Positions 19,455 to 30,056 of a stretch of DNA of 51,780 nt are shown here, piece by piece. The translations under genes were made by a program, and so were the position numbers. Positions within the stretch are counted from its first letter, which is position 1. Every line of letters begins with the position of its first letter. A model generated the notes under the pieces. The model did not search any database, had not been told where the DNA came from, and saw only the letters and a program-made list of their open reading frames with translations. The stretch lies in the sequence record SRR22947727_1356; one strand, written 5' to 3'.

Positions 19455-20954
19455 ATGGCCCGCCGGTCTCGCAAATCAGCGGCGTCTAATCAGGCAGCTG
19501 CTGCACCGATTACGGTTGCACAGGGGGGAACTTGGGCGCCTTTGTCAGATCAGAGCCTTGGCAAAATTCAACAAACTGCCTTTACAATTTTAACCGATAT
19601 AGGCGTGTCTGAAGCGCCCGATACGCTCTGCGATATTATCATCGATGCGGGGGGGCGGTGTGAAAACGACCGGCTATTTTATCCACGCGATTTGTTAGAG
19701 GCTGCCGTGCAAGAGGGCCCGAAACAGGTGTTGCTTGCCGGGCAAAACGCCTTGCATGATCTTAAGCTGCGCGGAAGCGCGTCTTATACGGGAACCGGGG
19801 GCGCAGCCCCGACGGTTTTGGATGATGAGACCAAGACCTACCACCCGTCGACATTGGTAGATTTATTTTCTGCCGCTCGATTGGCGGATACGCTGGATCA
19901 TATCCATTTTTTTTCACGCTCGGTGGTGGCGCGCGATATCGAAGATCCGCTGGAATTTGATCTTGGAACCGCGGTTGCTTCGGTTTTTGGTACCTCGAAA
20001 CATGTGGTGGTTTCAGCCAGTGAGGCCGCGCATGTGCCCAAAATTGCCGAGCTGTGTTATGAAATTGCCGGAGGAGAAGCGGCCTTCCGGGAGAGGCCGT
20101 TTCTGTCCTTGAACATAAATCATGCGGTACCCCCGTTGCGCATGCATGCGCAAAGCATCGCGGTTATGCACGCGGCGGTGGATGCGGGAATTCCGGTTCA
20201 TTGTAATGTTTTTGGTCAATTGGGCGCATCTAGCTCGGTTACATTGGCGGGATCGGTTGCGCAGACCTTGGCAGAAGTGTTGGCAGGTTTGGCCTTTGTG
20301 CATGCGTTGGATCCTCAAGCACCCAGAATCGCGGGGCCGCGCCCGATGATTATCGATTTGCGCAGCGGCGGCATGGCTGGCGGGGCGGGGGAACAATCAA
20401 TGGCAACCGCGATGGCCGCGCAAGCCTTGCGTGCGTGGCAGATCCCCTGCTCGGTGATTGCGGGGGCAACCGATAGCAAGCTGGTTGATTTTCAATCCGG
20501 ATATGAAAAAGCAACGACGATTCAATCTGCGATGCAAAGCGGGGCCAATTTGATCACGCAGGCAGCGGGGGCGCAAGCCGCCTTGATGGGCGTGAGCTTT
20601 GCTGCGATGGTTGCGGATAATGATATGCTTGGCGCTATTTTGCGCGCGAATATTCTGCCCGAAATCTCAGAGGAGACCCTTGCCTTAGCCGCGATCACGG
20701 AGGTTGTTGCCGGCGAAGGGCATTTCTTGGGCCGGCCTGAAACCTATGCGCGCATGCGCAGCGATTTTTTATATCCTGACGTGGCGGATCGTGGATTGAT
20801 TGAAGAGTGGCAAGCCAGTGATAAGCTGGATATGGGCAGCCGCGCCGCGCAGCAGGCGCGCATGGTGTTGCAAAACCATTGGCCAAAACACACCTCGCAG
20901 GCTTTGCGAGATCGCTATCTTAAGCGATTTGGCTTGCCGCTGGGCCCAGCTTAA
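19455..20954 (+). CDS. MttB (trimethylamine methyltransferase) superfamily protein, non-pyrrolysine
   Basis: GTGGAAP, PVHCNVFGQLGA..TLAG, DLRSG, ATDSK..DFQSGYEK, GEGHFLG, FLYP..ADR; no in-frame TAG. Confidence 0.85.
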   Translation: MARRSRKSAASNQAAAAPITVAQGGTWAPLSDQSLGKIQQTAFTILTDIGVSEAPDTLCDIIIDAGGRCENDRLFYPRDLLEAAVQEGPKQVLLAGQNALHDLKLRGSASYTGTGGAAPTVLDDETKTYHPSTLVDLFSAARLADTLDHIHFFSRSVVARDIEDPLEFDLGTAVASVFGTSKHVVVSASEAAHVPKIAELCYEIAGGEAAFRERPFLSLNINHAVPPLRMHAQSIAVMHAAVDAGIPVHCNVFGQLGASSSVTLAGSVAQTLAEVLAGLAFVHALDPQAPRIAGPRPMIIDLRSGGMAGGAGEQSMATAMAAQALRAWQIPCSVIAGATDSKLVDFQSGYEKATTIQSAMQSGANLITQAAGAQAALMGVSFAAMVADNDMLGAILRANILPEISEETLALAAITEVVAGEGHFLGRPETYARMRSDFLYPDVADRGLIEEWQASDKLDMGSRAAQQARMVLQNHWPKHTSQALRDRYLKRFGLPLGPA

Positions 20955-21174
20955 GACGGCCGTTTGAAAAGGAAAAAAGGCCTTTAACCGGCCATTGCCG
21001 CAACCGTTTTGCTGCGTGGCCAAAAGCGTATCGCTCTGCCCTTCTGGGTCTGCTGACGCTTGAGAAATAGCGTAATTTCCATAAGGGCAATGATTTTGGC
21101 TTACGCGTTCCAAAAGAGCCTGGCCCGCCAGTTTCGCAATTCAGGGTCTCACCGAGCGATGCGTGGGTTCACGC

Positions 21175-21621
21175 CTACTCTGGCCCGTCTAAAATTTCGG
21201 AAAACGTGGTGAAAAATTTACCCGCCAGTTTTTTCGCGGTGCTTTGCACCAACCGGTTGCCCAACTGCGCCAGCTTACCGCCGATATCGGCTTTGGCCGC
21301 GTAAGCAAGGATGGTTTTATCCCCTTCGGCGCGCAAAGTCACATCGGCGCTGCCTTTGGCATGACCGGCTGCACCGCCATTGCCTTTGCCGCTTAACGAA
21401 AACTTTTCCGGTGCTCCGGTTTGGTCAAGCACAACCTCACCGCTGAAGCGGGCCTTTACTGGGCCAACTTTCAAAACCACCTTGGCCTCTAAATTTGTGT
21501 CGGAATGTTTGATCAGCTCTTCGCAGCCCGGAATACATTGCTGCAAAATTTCAGGATCATTCAGCGCCGCATAAACGGTGCTCATCGGGGCGTTGATTTC
21601 GATTTCGTCATTCAGTTCCAT
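21175..21621 (-). CDS. coxG: CO dehydrogenase accessory protein CoxG (SRPBCC)
   Basis: LNDPEILQQCIPGC, KVGPVKARF, GGKLAQLG; ATG 21621 with AAGGA RBS. Confidence 0.9.
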   Translation of the reverse strand: MELNDEIEINAPMSTVYAALNDPEILQQCIPGCEELIKHSDTNLEAKVVLKVGPVKARFSGEVVLDQTGAPEKFSLSGKGNGGAAGHAKGSADVTLRAEGDKTILAYAAKADIGGKLAQLGNRLVQSTAKKLAGKFFTTFSEILDGPE

Positions 21622-21823
21622 AGGGGTTCCTTCGTTAGCAGCAGGGGAATTTGAGGCGCGCCAAAGCATCCGCTTGCTGCGGTGTCAGCGATAGGCGCTG
21701 TATGCGCCGCCGCATAAACTTTAAAATGATTTTCATATGAACCGCACTTTCCAGATATGATGCGCAGATGTCTGGCAGAGATCTTGCGCATAAACAAGAC
21801 ATCTCAGACGCAGCGTTTTGGCA

Positions 21824-22624
21824 CTAGGCATTTTGGGCCTCTCCTCGGAACGCTTTGCGTCGCAATTGCGTCAATCCGGCTAAGATGGACAACGCAATTT
21901 CTTCGGGGGTAACCGCGCCAATATCCAAGCCCGCCGGTGCTTGCACGGCGCGCACCCGCTCTTCTGGCAATCCGCTTTCGATCAGTTTTATCGCGAGCGT
22001 CTGGTATTTTTTGCGGCTGCCAACAAAGGCTACGAACCCTTTGCTTGCGCCTAATGAGGCGCGCAGCGCTTGCAAATCGCCTTGACCTTGCGTGGCGATC
22101 ACAATCGCATAGCGTTTTGTTGATGGTGGTATGGCGAACCCATCAGATCGCGCGTTGCCTGACACAGACCAATCAAATTGAGGGGCTAGCGCGGCGAGGG
22201 CCATCGCCACCGGCGAGGCGCCAAAAACAATAAGCTCTGGGCGCGGCAAGCAGGGCTCGATAAAAATATCAATTGTGCCCTTTGAAGGGCAGCCATTGCG
22301 CGCAAAGTGCATGCCTTCGCTTTCGTCTCCATTGCTCAATCCCTTTTCTGACAGCAGGTCTTCGGGGGTGATCGAAACCAGCTGCGGAGTGTCTTCATGA
22401 ATGGCGCGCAAGACGCCTTGTTTGACGGCGCTGCGGGCGCAGCCCCCCCCGATCCAACCAAAAACAATCTGACCCTGCGCATCCAGTACAGCTTTGGCAC
22501 CTGGTTTGGCCGCTGTGGCCCCGGCGGTGCGGATAATCGTGGCCAGCGCAAAGGCTTCTTGGCGCGTGCGCATCCCGTCAATCGCCTCGGACATATCATC
22601 ATCGAGCAATTCTTTGGGCATCAT
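21824..22624 (-). CDS. coxF: XdhC/CoxF family molybdoenzyme maturation protein
   Basis: GWIGGGCA, CPSKGT, APAGLDIGAVTPEEIALSI. Confidence 0.9.
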   Translation of the reverse strand: MMPKELLDDDMSEAIDGMRTRQEAFALATIIRTAGATAAKPGAKAVLDAQGQIVFGWIGGGCARSAVKQGVLRAIHEDTPQLVSITPEDLLSEKGLSNGDESEGMHFARNGCPSKGTIDIFIEPCLPRPELIVFGASPVAMALAALAPQFDWSVSGNARSDGFAIPPSTKRYAIVIATQGQGDLQALRASLGASKGFVAFVGSRKKYQTLAIKLIESGLPEERVRAVQAPAGLDIGAVTPEEIALSILAGLTQLRRKAFRGEAQNA

Positions 22625-23802
22625 AAGCGGGCGAGCTCCGTTTCTAAAGTGGCAAGCTCGGCCAGTGATCCGGCAGATTTGAATCCATCAAGATAAGGCA
22701 TTGCGGCGGCCATGCCCTTGGCAATTGGCTGATAGTCTTGCCAGCTTTTCAGCGGGTTTAACCAAATGATTTTACAGCCACGCTTTTTCAGCTGCGCCAG
22801 CGCACCCGCCAGTTGATGCGCCGGGCCGGTATCGTACCCATCGGATAAAATAAGCACCACGGTGCGCCCGTTGACGAATTTTTTTGCATAATTACGGGCA
22901 TAATAATCCAAACTTTCGCCGATTTTTGAGCCGCCTCCAAACCCGTCTGCCATCAGCGACATCCGCGTTAAGGCGCGAAACGCATCTTTATCGCGCATGG
23001 CTTCGCTGATCCGGATCAAACGGGTGTGAAACAAATAGGCATCGGTGGTGGGGTCGTTGCGCATCAGACCCAGTAAAAATGCAAGAAACACTTTTGCATA
23101 CATCGTCATCGAGCCAGAGACATCGCAGATTGCAGATATTTTCAAGCTGCGTTCGGGGCGATTTTTTCGGGCAAGCCGGACTGGCTCGCCGCCTGTTGCA
23201 AGGCTTTGCCGGATAATTTTGCGAAAATGCAATTGAGTCCCTTTTTGCGCCGCCCGGCGGCGGCGCGAACGGCGGTCTTTCAAGGCGGCACCCAGTTTCT
23301 CGGCCAGTTCTTGGGCCTTTGCAAGATCGCTTGGTTGGATCAAAGCGCGTAAATCGGCGCGTTTTAAATTATTGGTTTTGCTGGCGATCAAACGCCCCAA
23401 TCCATCGCTTTCTGCTTCGGTTTCGCCCGTCTCTGGGGTTTCGGGGGCGCCAGATGCCCCTTGATCGGTGCCCGCGGCGCGGCGCGAAGATGACATTTGA
23501 TCTGCCCGTGGACGTTTCTGAGCGGAGATGACTTTTGGTTTAACCCGCCCAGTATTCAACCAATAGGCGGCAAAAAGATCGTCAAACCGTGCGGCATCTT
23601 CTTTGCAGCCGGTGCAGATCGCCTTTAGTGCTGAGCGGGTTTCATGGATATGCGCAGCCGAGACATGGCTGAGACCGGCCAGTGCCAAATCGGTTTCCGC
23701 CACGCCAAGGCGCAGGCCATTTTCCCGCAGATGAGCCAAAAACCCGCTCATTCTAGCGGCAGGGCCGGGATCGCGCCCAGCAAATTGGGTTACGCGGCTC
23801 AT
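22621..23802 (-). CDS. coxE: VWA-domain CoxE
   Basis: MIDAS DVSGSM, LSDGYD, WLNPL; position in the cox operon. Confidence 0.9.
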   Translation of the reverse strand: MSRVTQFAGRDPGPAARMSGFLAHLRENGLRLGVAETDLALAGLSHVSAAHIHETRSALKAICTGCKEDAARFDDLFAAYWLNTGRVKPKVISAQKRPRADQMSSSRRAAGTDQGASGAPETPETGETEAESDGLGRLIASKTNNLKRADLRALIQPSDLAKAQELAEKLGAALKDRRSRRRRAAQKGTQLHFRKIIRQSLATGGEPVRLARKNRPERSLKISAICDVSGSMTMYAKVFLAFLLGLMRNDPTTDAYLFHTRLIRISEAMRDKDAFRALTRMSLMADGFGGGSKIGESLDYYARNYAKKFVNGRTVVLILSDGYDTGPAHQLAGALAQLKKRGCKIIWLNPLKSWQDYQPIAKGMAAAMPYLDGFKSAGSLAELATLETELARL

Positions 23803-24674
23803 GCCGCGCGCCCGGCAAGCCGCTGTGCCACTTCACGGGTGATATGGGCTTGATCGCTTTGGGTTTTTAAAAGCGTGGTCAAGCTGGCCTGCAAAGCCGC
23901 GGGGTTCGCGGTGAGATCGGCGATACCCAACCCCATCAGCGCTGCAGCAAAATCCAGCGTTTCGGCAATGCCGGGGTTTTTTTCTAAATCTTCTGCCCGG
24001 AGTTTTTGCACAAATCCGATGATTTGTTCTGCGAGCTTGGCTTCTATATTGGGGCATCGGCTGTTTAAGATGGCCAATTCGGTTTCGCGATCTGGATAGT
24101 CAACATAGGTGTAAAGGCAACGCCTGCGCAGCGCGTCTGATAAATCGCGCGTGCCATTTGCAGTCAGAACCACAATGGGTTTACTCACCGCTTTTAATGT
24201 ACCCAGCTCTGGCACGGTGATTTGAAAATCTGCCAAGATTTCCAAAAGATAGGCTTCAAATTCTTCATCTGCGCGGTCGATCTCATCGATCAGCAACACC
24301 GGCGATTGGGGTTGGCGAATGGCGGCCAAAAGTGGGCGTTCGAGTAAGAACTCCTCTGAAAAAATGCGCTTTTCAACCGTGGATCCAGTTTCCCCTGCCT
24401 CGGCGCTGCTGCGGATCGCCAAAAGTTGGCGCTGATAATTCCATTCGTAAATAGCCTGTGCGGCATCCAGACCTTCATAGCATTGCAAGCGGATGAGCTT
24501 GGTTTTTTGCACCGTTGCCAACACTCGCGCCACTTCGGTTTTGCCAACGCCAGCGGCCCCTTCCAACAGGATCGGCCGCTGCAGCGAGATCGCCAGATGC
24601 AAGGCAACAGCCAAATCATCCGATGCCATATAGCCTGCCTCGGCCATCGCGGTTTGCACTGCGCTAAAGCTCAT
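23799..24674 (-). CDS. coxD: MoxR-type AAA+ ATPase CoxD
   Basis: Walker A GAAGVGKT, LQCYEG, Walker B LLIDEID, DALRRRC. Start 24674 or 24683. Confidence 0.9.
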   Translation of the reverse strand: MSFSAVQTAMAEAGYMASDDLAVALHLAISLQRPILLEGAAGVGKTEVARVLATVQKTKLIRLQCYEGLDAAQAIYEWNYQRQLLAIRSSAEAGETGSTVEKRIFSEEFLLERPLLAAIRQPQSPVLLIDEIDRADEEFEAYLLEILADFQITVPELGTLKAVSKPIVVLTANGTRDLSDALRRRCLYTYVDYPDRETELAILNSRCPNIEAKLAEQIIGFVQKLRAEDLEKNPGIAETLDFAAALMGLGIADLTANPAALQASLTTLLKTQSDQAHITREVAQRLAGRAA

Positions 24675-24692
24675 GTCTGCCATCCTCAAAAG

Positions 24693-24713
24693 CGGGCGGA
24701 AAAGATCCGCCCG
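24693..24713 (-). terminator. Hairpin between coxL and coxD (partial terminator)
   Basis: CGGGCGGA-5nt-TCCGCCCG stem followed by CTTTT on the minus strand. Confidence 0.55.
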
Positions 24714-24721
24714 TGCTTTGT

Positions 24722-27139
24722 TTAGCCATGCAAGCCTAAATCATTTGCGATCTTCCAAACCCGCCAATGGTCGTGGGGCATGTGCGCCTGACGCAATCCA
24801 AAGGCGCGGAAGGCATCATGCACGGCGTTTGAAAAGGCCGGAACGCCCCCCACATTCGGGCTTTCACCGACACCTTTGGCTCCGATGGGATGATGCGGCG
24901 AGGGCGTGGTCGTATGATCGGTGGTATAATGGGGTGTTTCCCAAGCCGTTGGCAGGAAGAAATCCATTAAGGTTCCGGTTTTTACATTGCCCATCTCATC
25001 ATAGGCGATTTCTTGGCCCATCGCGATCGCCAGCGCTTCGGTTAAACCGCCATGCACCTGGCCCTCAATAATCATCGGGTTGATCCGCGTACCGCAATCA
25101 TCTAGCGCATAAAATTGCCGGATTTCATGCTCGCCCGTATCCACATCTAATTCCATCACGCAGATATAGGCGCCGAATGGGTAGGTCATGTTGGGCGGAT
25201 CATAGTAACTGACCGCTTCGAGGCCCGGTTCAAGCCCCGGTATCGCCTGATTATAGCTGGCAAAGGCGATGTCTTTCATGGTTTTGAAGCGCTCTGGCGC
25301 GCCCTTAACGACAAAGCGGTCTACGTCAAACTCGACGTCATCATCATGCACTTCCAGAAGATAGGCGGCAATCATCTGCGCTTTGGCGCGAATCTTACGT
25401 CCCGCCATTGCGGTGGCGGCGCCGGCCACTGGCGTTGAGCGCGAGCCATAGGTGCCAAGCCCGTAGGGGGCTGTATCGGTATCACCTTCCTCAATGGTGA
25501 TCGAATCTGCTGGTAGGCCAATTTCTGTGGCCAGAATTTGGGCAAATGTTGTGGCATGGCCTTGCCCCTGACTGATCGTGCCAAGCCGTGCGATGGCAGA
25601 TCCCGTGGGATGAATGCGAATTTCGCAGCTGTCAAACATGCCCAGCCCCAAAATATCGCAGTTTTTGACCGGTCCAGCTCCAACGATTTCGGTGAAATGG
25701 GTCAAGCCAATTCCCAATAATTTGCGCGTCTCGCCGCGCTGAAACGCGGCCACGCGCGCGCTTTGTTCTTTGCGCAGATCGTCGTAGTTCACAGCTTTCA
25801 ACGCTTTGTCCCAAGCCGTGTGATAATCGCCGGAATCATATTCCCAGCCTAACGCTGAATTATACGGAAATTGATCCTTTTTGATAAAGTTGATCCGGCG
25901 CAATTCGGCTGCATCCATGTTCAGTTCAATGGCCAAAACCTCGACCATCCGTTCGATGAAATAAGCCGCTTCGGTGACGCGGAAGGAACAGCGATAGGCC
26001 ACCCCGCCAGGGGCTTTGTTGGTGTAGACACCATCGACTGCCAGATAGGCGGTGGGGATATCGTAAGATCCTGTGCAAATATTCATGAAGCCGGCTGGAA
26101 ATTTGGTGGGATCTGCGCAGGCGTCAAACCCGCCATGATCGGCTGTTGTATGGCACCAGAGCCCAGTGATCTTGCCGTCTTTGGTGGCCGAAATCTTCCC
26201 TTGCATCCAATAATCGCGGGCAAAAGCGGTGGTCATCAGATTGTCCATTCGGTCTTCGATCCATTTTACCGGCTGGCCAGTGACGATGGAGGCCACAACC
26301 GAGCAGACATAGCCCGCATAAGCCCCAACTTTATTGCCAAACCCGCCTCCAATATCGGGCGAGATCACGCGAATATTATGCTCTTCAATACCCGAAATCA
26401 GCGAGACCACGGTGCGGATCGCATGCGGCGCTTGAAACGTGCCCCAAAGCGTCAGCTTGCCATTGACCTTATCCATTGAGGCCACGCAGCCGCAGGTTTC
26501 CAAGGGGCAAGGATGGGTACGATGATAATAGATCATTTCTTCAGCCACCACATCGGCTTCGGCCAGCACCTGCTCGGTTGCGTCTTTTTCACCAGCTTCC
26601 CATGTGAAGATGTGGTTGTGATGCTTGCGCGGCCCATGGGCGCCATCGGCTGTTGGATCAAGATCTTCGCGCAAAACCACGTCTGATTTCAGCGCTTCAA
26701 ACGGATCCGTCAGAACCGGCAGTTCTTCATATTCAACCTCAACGGCTTCGATTCCATCCGCGGCGGCAAAACGGTCTTTGGCGATGACAAACGCCACTTC
26801 CTGGCCTTGAAACAACACTTTGCCATCGGCCAAAACCATTTGCTTATCGCCGGCTAAAGTGGGCATCCAATGCAGGCCCAAAGGTTCAAGATCTTTGGCT
26901 GTCAGCACGGCCAACACGCCGGGCACTTTCAAAGCGGCTTCGGTGTTTATATCCACCACCCGGGCATGCGCATAGGGTGAGCGTACAAAATCTCCCGACA
27001 GCATCCCATCAAGTTTGATGTCATCGACATAATTGCCTTTGCCTTGGGTGAAGCGCGCATCTTCAACGCGCTTGCGCGAGGATCCCATGCCTTTGAGGCT
27101 TGATTTGCGCTCTTCGCGGTCTGGAGTCATATCATTCAT
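24722..27139 (-). CDS. coxL: Aerobic CO dehydrogenase large subunit, form I
   Basis: 805 aa; diagnostic form I active-site motif [29 protein letters not shown]. Confidence 0.97.
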   Translation of the reverse strand: MNDMTPDREERKSSLKGMGSSRKRVEDARFTQGKGNYVDDIKLDGMLSGDFVRSPYAHARVVDINTEAALKVPGVLAVLTAKDLEPLGLHWMPTLAGDKQMVLADGKVLFQGQEVAFVIAKDRFAAADGIEAVEVEYEELPVLTDPFEALKSDVVLREDLDPTADGAHGPRKHHNHIFTWEAGEKDATEQVLAEADVVAEEMIYYHRTHPCPLETCGCVASMDKVNGKLTLWGTFQAPHAIRTVVSLISGIEEHNIRVISPDIGGGFGNKVGAYAGYVCSVVASIVTGQPVKWIEDRMDNLMTTAFARDYWMQGKISATKDGKITGLWCHTTADHGGFDACADPTKFPAGFMNICTGSYDIPTAYLAVDGVYTNKAPGGVAYRCSFRVTEAAYFIERMVEVLAIELNMDAAELRRINFIKKDQFPYNSALGWEYDSGDYHTAWDKALKAVNYDDLRKEQSARVAAFQRGETRKLLGIGLTHFTEIVGAGPVKNCDILGLGMFDSCEIRIHPTGSAIARLGTISQGQGHATTFAQILATEIGLPADSITIEEGDTDTAPYGLGTYGSRSTPVAGAATAMAGRKIRAKAQMIAAYLLEVHDDDVEFDVDRFVVKGAPERFKTMKDIAFASYNQAIPGLEPGLEAVSYYDPPNMTYPFGAYICVMELDVDTGEHEIRQFYALDDCGTRINPMIIEGQVHGGLTEALAIAMGQEIAYDEMGNVKTGTLMDFFLPTAWETPHYTTDHTTTPSPHHPIGAKGVGESPNVGGVPAFSNAVHDAFRAFGLRQAHMPHDHWRVWKIANDLGLHG

Positions 27140-27630
27140 TCTGCAGCCTCCTTCGCGGCGTTCATCTCAGCCGCAGCGGCGAGAATGGATTTGACAATAT
27201 TTTGATAACCGGTGCAGCGGCAGAGGTTTCCCGACATTCCAAAGCGTATGTCTTCTTCGGTTGGGGATGGATTTTCCTCGAGCAGTTTTGCCGCACGGGT
27301 GATCATTCCCGGCGTGCAATAGCCACATTGCAAACCATGATGCTCTTTGAACGCGCTTTGCAGCGGGTGAAGCGAATCGGGGCCGCCCATACCTTCGATC
27401 GTGGTCACATCTGCACCATTGGCTTGGCCAATAAAAACCGTACAGGCTTTGACCGATTTGCCATCCATGGTAATGGTGCACGCGCCGCAATGCGATGTTT
27501 CACAACCGATATGTGGGCCCGTGATGTTCAACCGTTCGCGCAATGTATAAATCAGCAATTCGCGCGGCTCGGCGAGAAACTCTTCTTCCTGGCCGTTCAC
27601 GGTTAGTTTGATATGTAGTTTATCTGTCAT
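27136..27630 (-). CDS. coxS: CO dehydrogenase small (2Fe-2S) subunit
   Basis: [23 protein letters not shown]. Confidence 0.95.
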   Translation of the reverse strand: MTDKLHIKLTVNGQEEEFLAEPRELLIYTLRERLNITGPHIGCETSHCGACTITMDGKSVKACTVFIGQANGADVTTIEGMGGPDSLHPLQSAFKEHHGLQCGYCTPGMITRAAKLLEENPSPTEEDIRFGMSGNLCRCTGYQNIVKSILAAAAEMNAAKEAAE

Positions 27631-27642
27631 GTTTTATTCCTT

Positions 27643-28497
27643 TCAAGCCCGGGACCAAGCGCGCTGTATCGCGCGGGTCAGGATAACGCCAGCCACGTGC
27701 ATTTTAAACGCAACGGGACCGCGGTTATCTTCGGTTGGGTCGATATCACCCAGCGCCGCGCTAACGGCTTGCTTGATCGCCGCGTCATCAAGTTGGGTTC
27801 CGATTAAGGCAGCACTGGCCGCTTCTGAGAAGATCGGCGTATCGCTAAGATTGGTCATTGCGATCGAGGCGCTGCTGCAGCGGCCGCCTTCTTTGGAAAG
27901 CAATACCGCCGAAGCAGCGGTGGCGTAATCACCGATTTTGCGCTTTTGCTTTTCATAGGCATATCCGGCCGCATGCGCGTCAAACGAGATTTCTGTCAAA
28001 ACTTCTTCATCCTCGCGGGCCGTCATATAAGCGGCTTCGTAAAACGCGCGCGCATTTACCGCGCGCGTGCCATTGGGCCCAACCAAAGTGAATGAAGCAT
28101 CAAGGCACTGCATAAGGCCGGGCATGTCATTCGCAGGGTCTCCATTGGCTACGTTACCCCCGACCGTGCCCATATACCGCACTTGTGGATCTGCGATTTG
28201 AAGCGCGGCTTCTTTTAACAAGGGCGCTGCATGTGCCAAGCCTTGATCCGCAATCACTTGCGCTTGGGTGACCATCGCCCCCATTCTGACCCGCGATCCC
28301 TCAACGGAGATGTCAGACAAATTAGGGATGTCTTGTAAATCGATCAGGTGCGGAATATCCGCCATGCGCAGTTTCATCATCGGAATCAGGCTGTGGCCGC
28401 CGGCCATAACCCGCGCATCGTCGCCGTGCTCTGATAGAATGGCGATGGCATCTGTCAAAGCGCTGGGCCGATGATAGCTGAATGGTGCTGGTATCAC
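27643..28497 (-). CDS. coxM: CO dehydrogenase medium (FAD) subunit
   Basis: AGGHSLIPMMKLR, IADPQVR..GTVGGN, KRKIGDY; GTG start at 28497 with GGGAGG RBS. Confidence 0.95.
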   Translation of the reverse strand: MIPAPFSYHRPSALTDAIAILSEHGDDARVMAGGHSLIPMMKLRMADIPHLIDLQDIPNLSDISVEGSRVRMGAMVTQAQVIADQGLAHAAPLLKEAALQIADPQVRYMGTVGGNVANGDPANDMPGLMQCLDASFTLVGPNGTRAVNARAFYEAAYMTAREDEEVLTEISFDAHAAGYAYEKQKRKIGDYATAASAVLLSKEGGRCSSASIAMTNLSDTPIFSEAASAALIGTQLDDAAIKQAVSAALGDIDPTEDNRGPVAFKMHVAGVILTRAIQRAWSRA

Positions 28498-28629
28498 TGC
28501 TTTTCCTCCCCTAAAAGCATTCGTTGGGAAAAGTGTCAGTGAAAGTGGTTTTTTGCACATGCTCTAATACATTAACGCCGCGGAATTTCTCACCAGTTGC
28601 GAATGATCTGCACGAATTGCGCTTCTTTG

Positions 28630-29799
28630 CTAAAGCCCGAGGGTTTCTTTAACCCGTTTGAGATTCGACCGGCTGACGGGAACAGGCGGCAGTTTAGGGT
28701 TTTCAAACCGGCACAGACCCGAGTCTTTGAGGCGTTCAAAATGCTGCACCTTAGCGCTGTTGACCAGATAGCTGCGATGGGTTGTGAGAAAGCTGTATTG
28801 GGCTAAGCGTTTGGTGGCTTCGGTGATAGGCCAAACGCAAAAATGCCGCACGCCATCGTTTTTATACACATATGTATAATGCCCTTCAGCCCGAATAAAG
28901 GCCACGTCAGCGGGCGCGATAAACAACGTGGTGCCGTTGTTCTCGGAGGGAATCCGTTGTGCCCGCGACGCGGCGGATGACGCAGGGCCCGCAGCTGGCT
29001 TTGGGCTGGGCGCTGGCGTTGGATCCGGCGCCCCCGACGAGACGAGCGCCGCGCTTTCTGGGTTTGGGCTTGGCATTTGGGTAGGTTGTGGCACCAGAAA
29101 CGTCACACCTGTCCATAAAAACGCTCCTAAAATGAGGAAGCTTGAGCAGATTACGACCAACGCCAGAACTTCGTTTGTAATGCTAGGCCCCAACTCATTA
29201 AACGCCGGAGCTTTGACAAAGCGGGTGCCCCAGATGGCCACGAAATGAACCGCAAAAACCGCCAAACCGAAACAAACCGTTCCCAGTAATATATTACGGT
29301 TTGAGCGCTGCTCATAGGCGATCCAGATCGCTGCAACGCACAGGCTTATCGCGGATAAAAATGCCAATGAGATACCTTGAACCGTATAAATGGGGCGGCA
29401 TAATTGCAGACCGGCCATGCCCAGATAATGCATGGTTAAAATGCCAAACCCGACAAGGCTGCCGGACAGAAAAAGAATTTTTGGGCGGCGCTCGAAAAAA
29501 TGCAAAAGCCCCAAAGCAACGCCCACGATCAAAATTGCCAAAAGCGCAGATGCCAGCGTGATTGCGGCATCATAGTAAAATAAAACCGGCATTTGCAGGC
29601 CCAACATGGCCACAAAATGCATCGACCAAATTCCGCCTCCCAAAGCCACGGAGGCAAGCGATACCGCAATTTTACGCTGCGAAAAAGACTTTTGGGACAG
29701 GTCTTTGGTAAGCGTTAGGCCGGTGAAACCCGCAACCAAAGCGATCAGAAAAGACACGACGACAAGGCCGCTATTATGGCTAAACTCTAACGTTGTCAT
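28630..29799 (-). CDS. coxC: CoxC: MHYT membrane sensor + LytTR DNA-binding domain
   Basis: GGGIWSMHF, MHY and VHF MHYT repeats; Pro-rich linker; LytTR motifs AEGHYT, THRSYLVN, PVSRS; upstream of coxM. Confidence 0.85.
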   Translation of the reverse strand: MTTLEFSHNSGLVVVSFLIALVAGFTGLTLTKDLSQKSFSQRKIAVSLASVALGGGIWSMHFVAMLGLQMPVLFYYDAAITLASALLAILIVGVALGLLHFFERRPKILFLSGSLVGFGILTMHYLGMAGLQLCRPIYTVQGISLAFLSAISLCVAAIWIAYEQRSNRNILLGTVCFGLAVFAVHFVAIWGTRFVKAPAFNELGPSITNEVLALVVICSSFLILGAFLWTGVTFLVPQPTQMPSPNPESAALVSSGAPDPTPAPSPKPAAGPASSAASRAQRIPSENNGTTLFIAPADVAFIRAEGHYTYVYKNDGVRHFCVWPITEATKRLAQYSFLTTHRSYLVNSAKVQHFERLKDSGLCRFENPKLPPVPVSRSNLKRVKETLGL

Positions 29800-30056
29800 G
29801 CTTCACACATGCATTTACCAACGCAAAAAGCAATCTTGAAGGCGTTTATGGCGGCCAACTTCTGCGAGTTTGCCGATAAATTCTCAACCCATTTGGCCAA
29901 ATCTGCAGCGCTAATTCATGGTGCAGGCGTAAAAGGCAAGGCCGCTTTTTGTGGGTTCAAACCGGGTATCGTTTTGAACGCTGCCGGATCAGGGCTTGTC
30001 AGATTTTGGGCAAGCCCCTAGGGTTTTGCGCAAATTCCTTTTCAGAGAGATTGTTG

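Noticed and set aside
28498-28629. LytTR/RcoM-type direct repeats upstream of coxM
   Set aside because: Only degenerate ATTCG-like words with irregular spacing.
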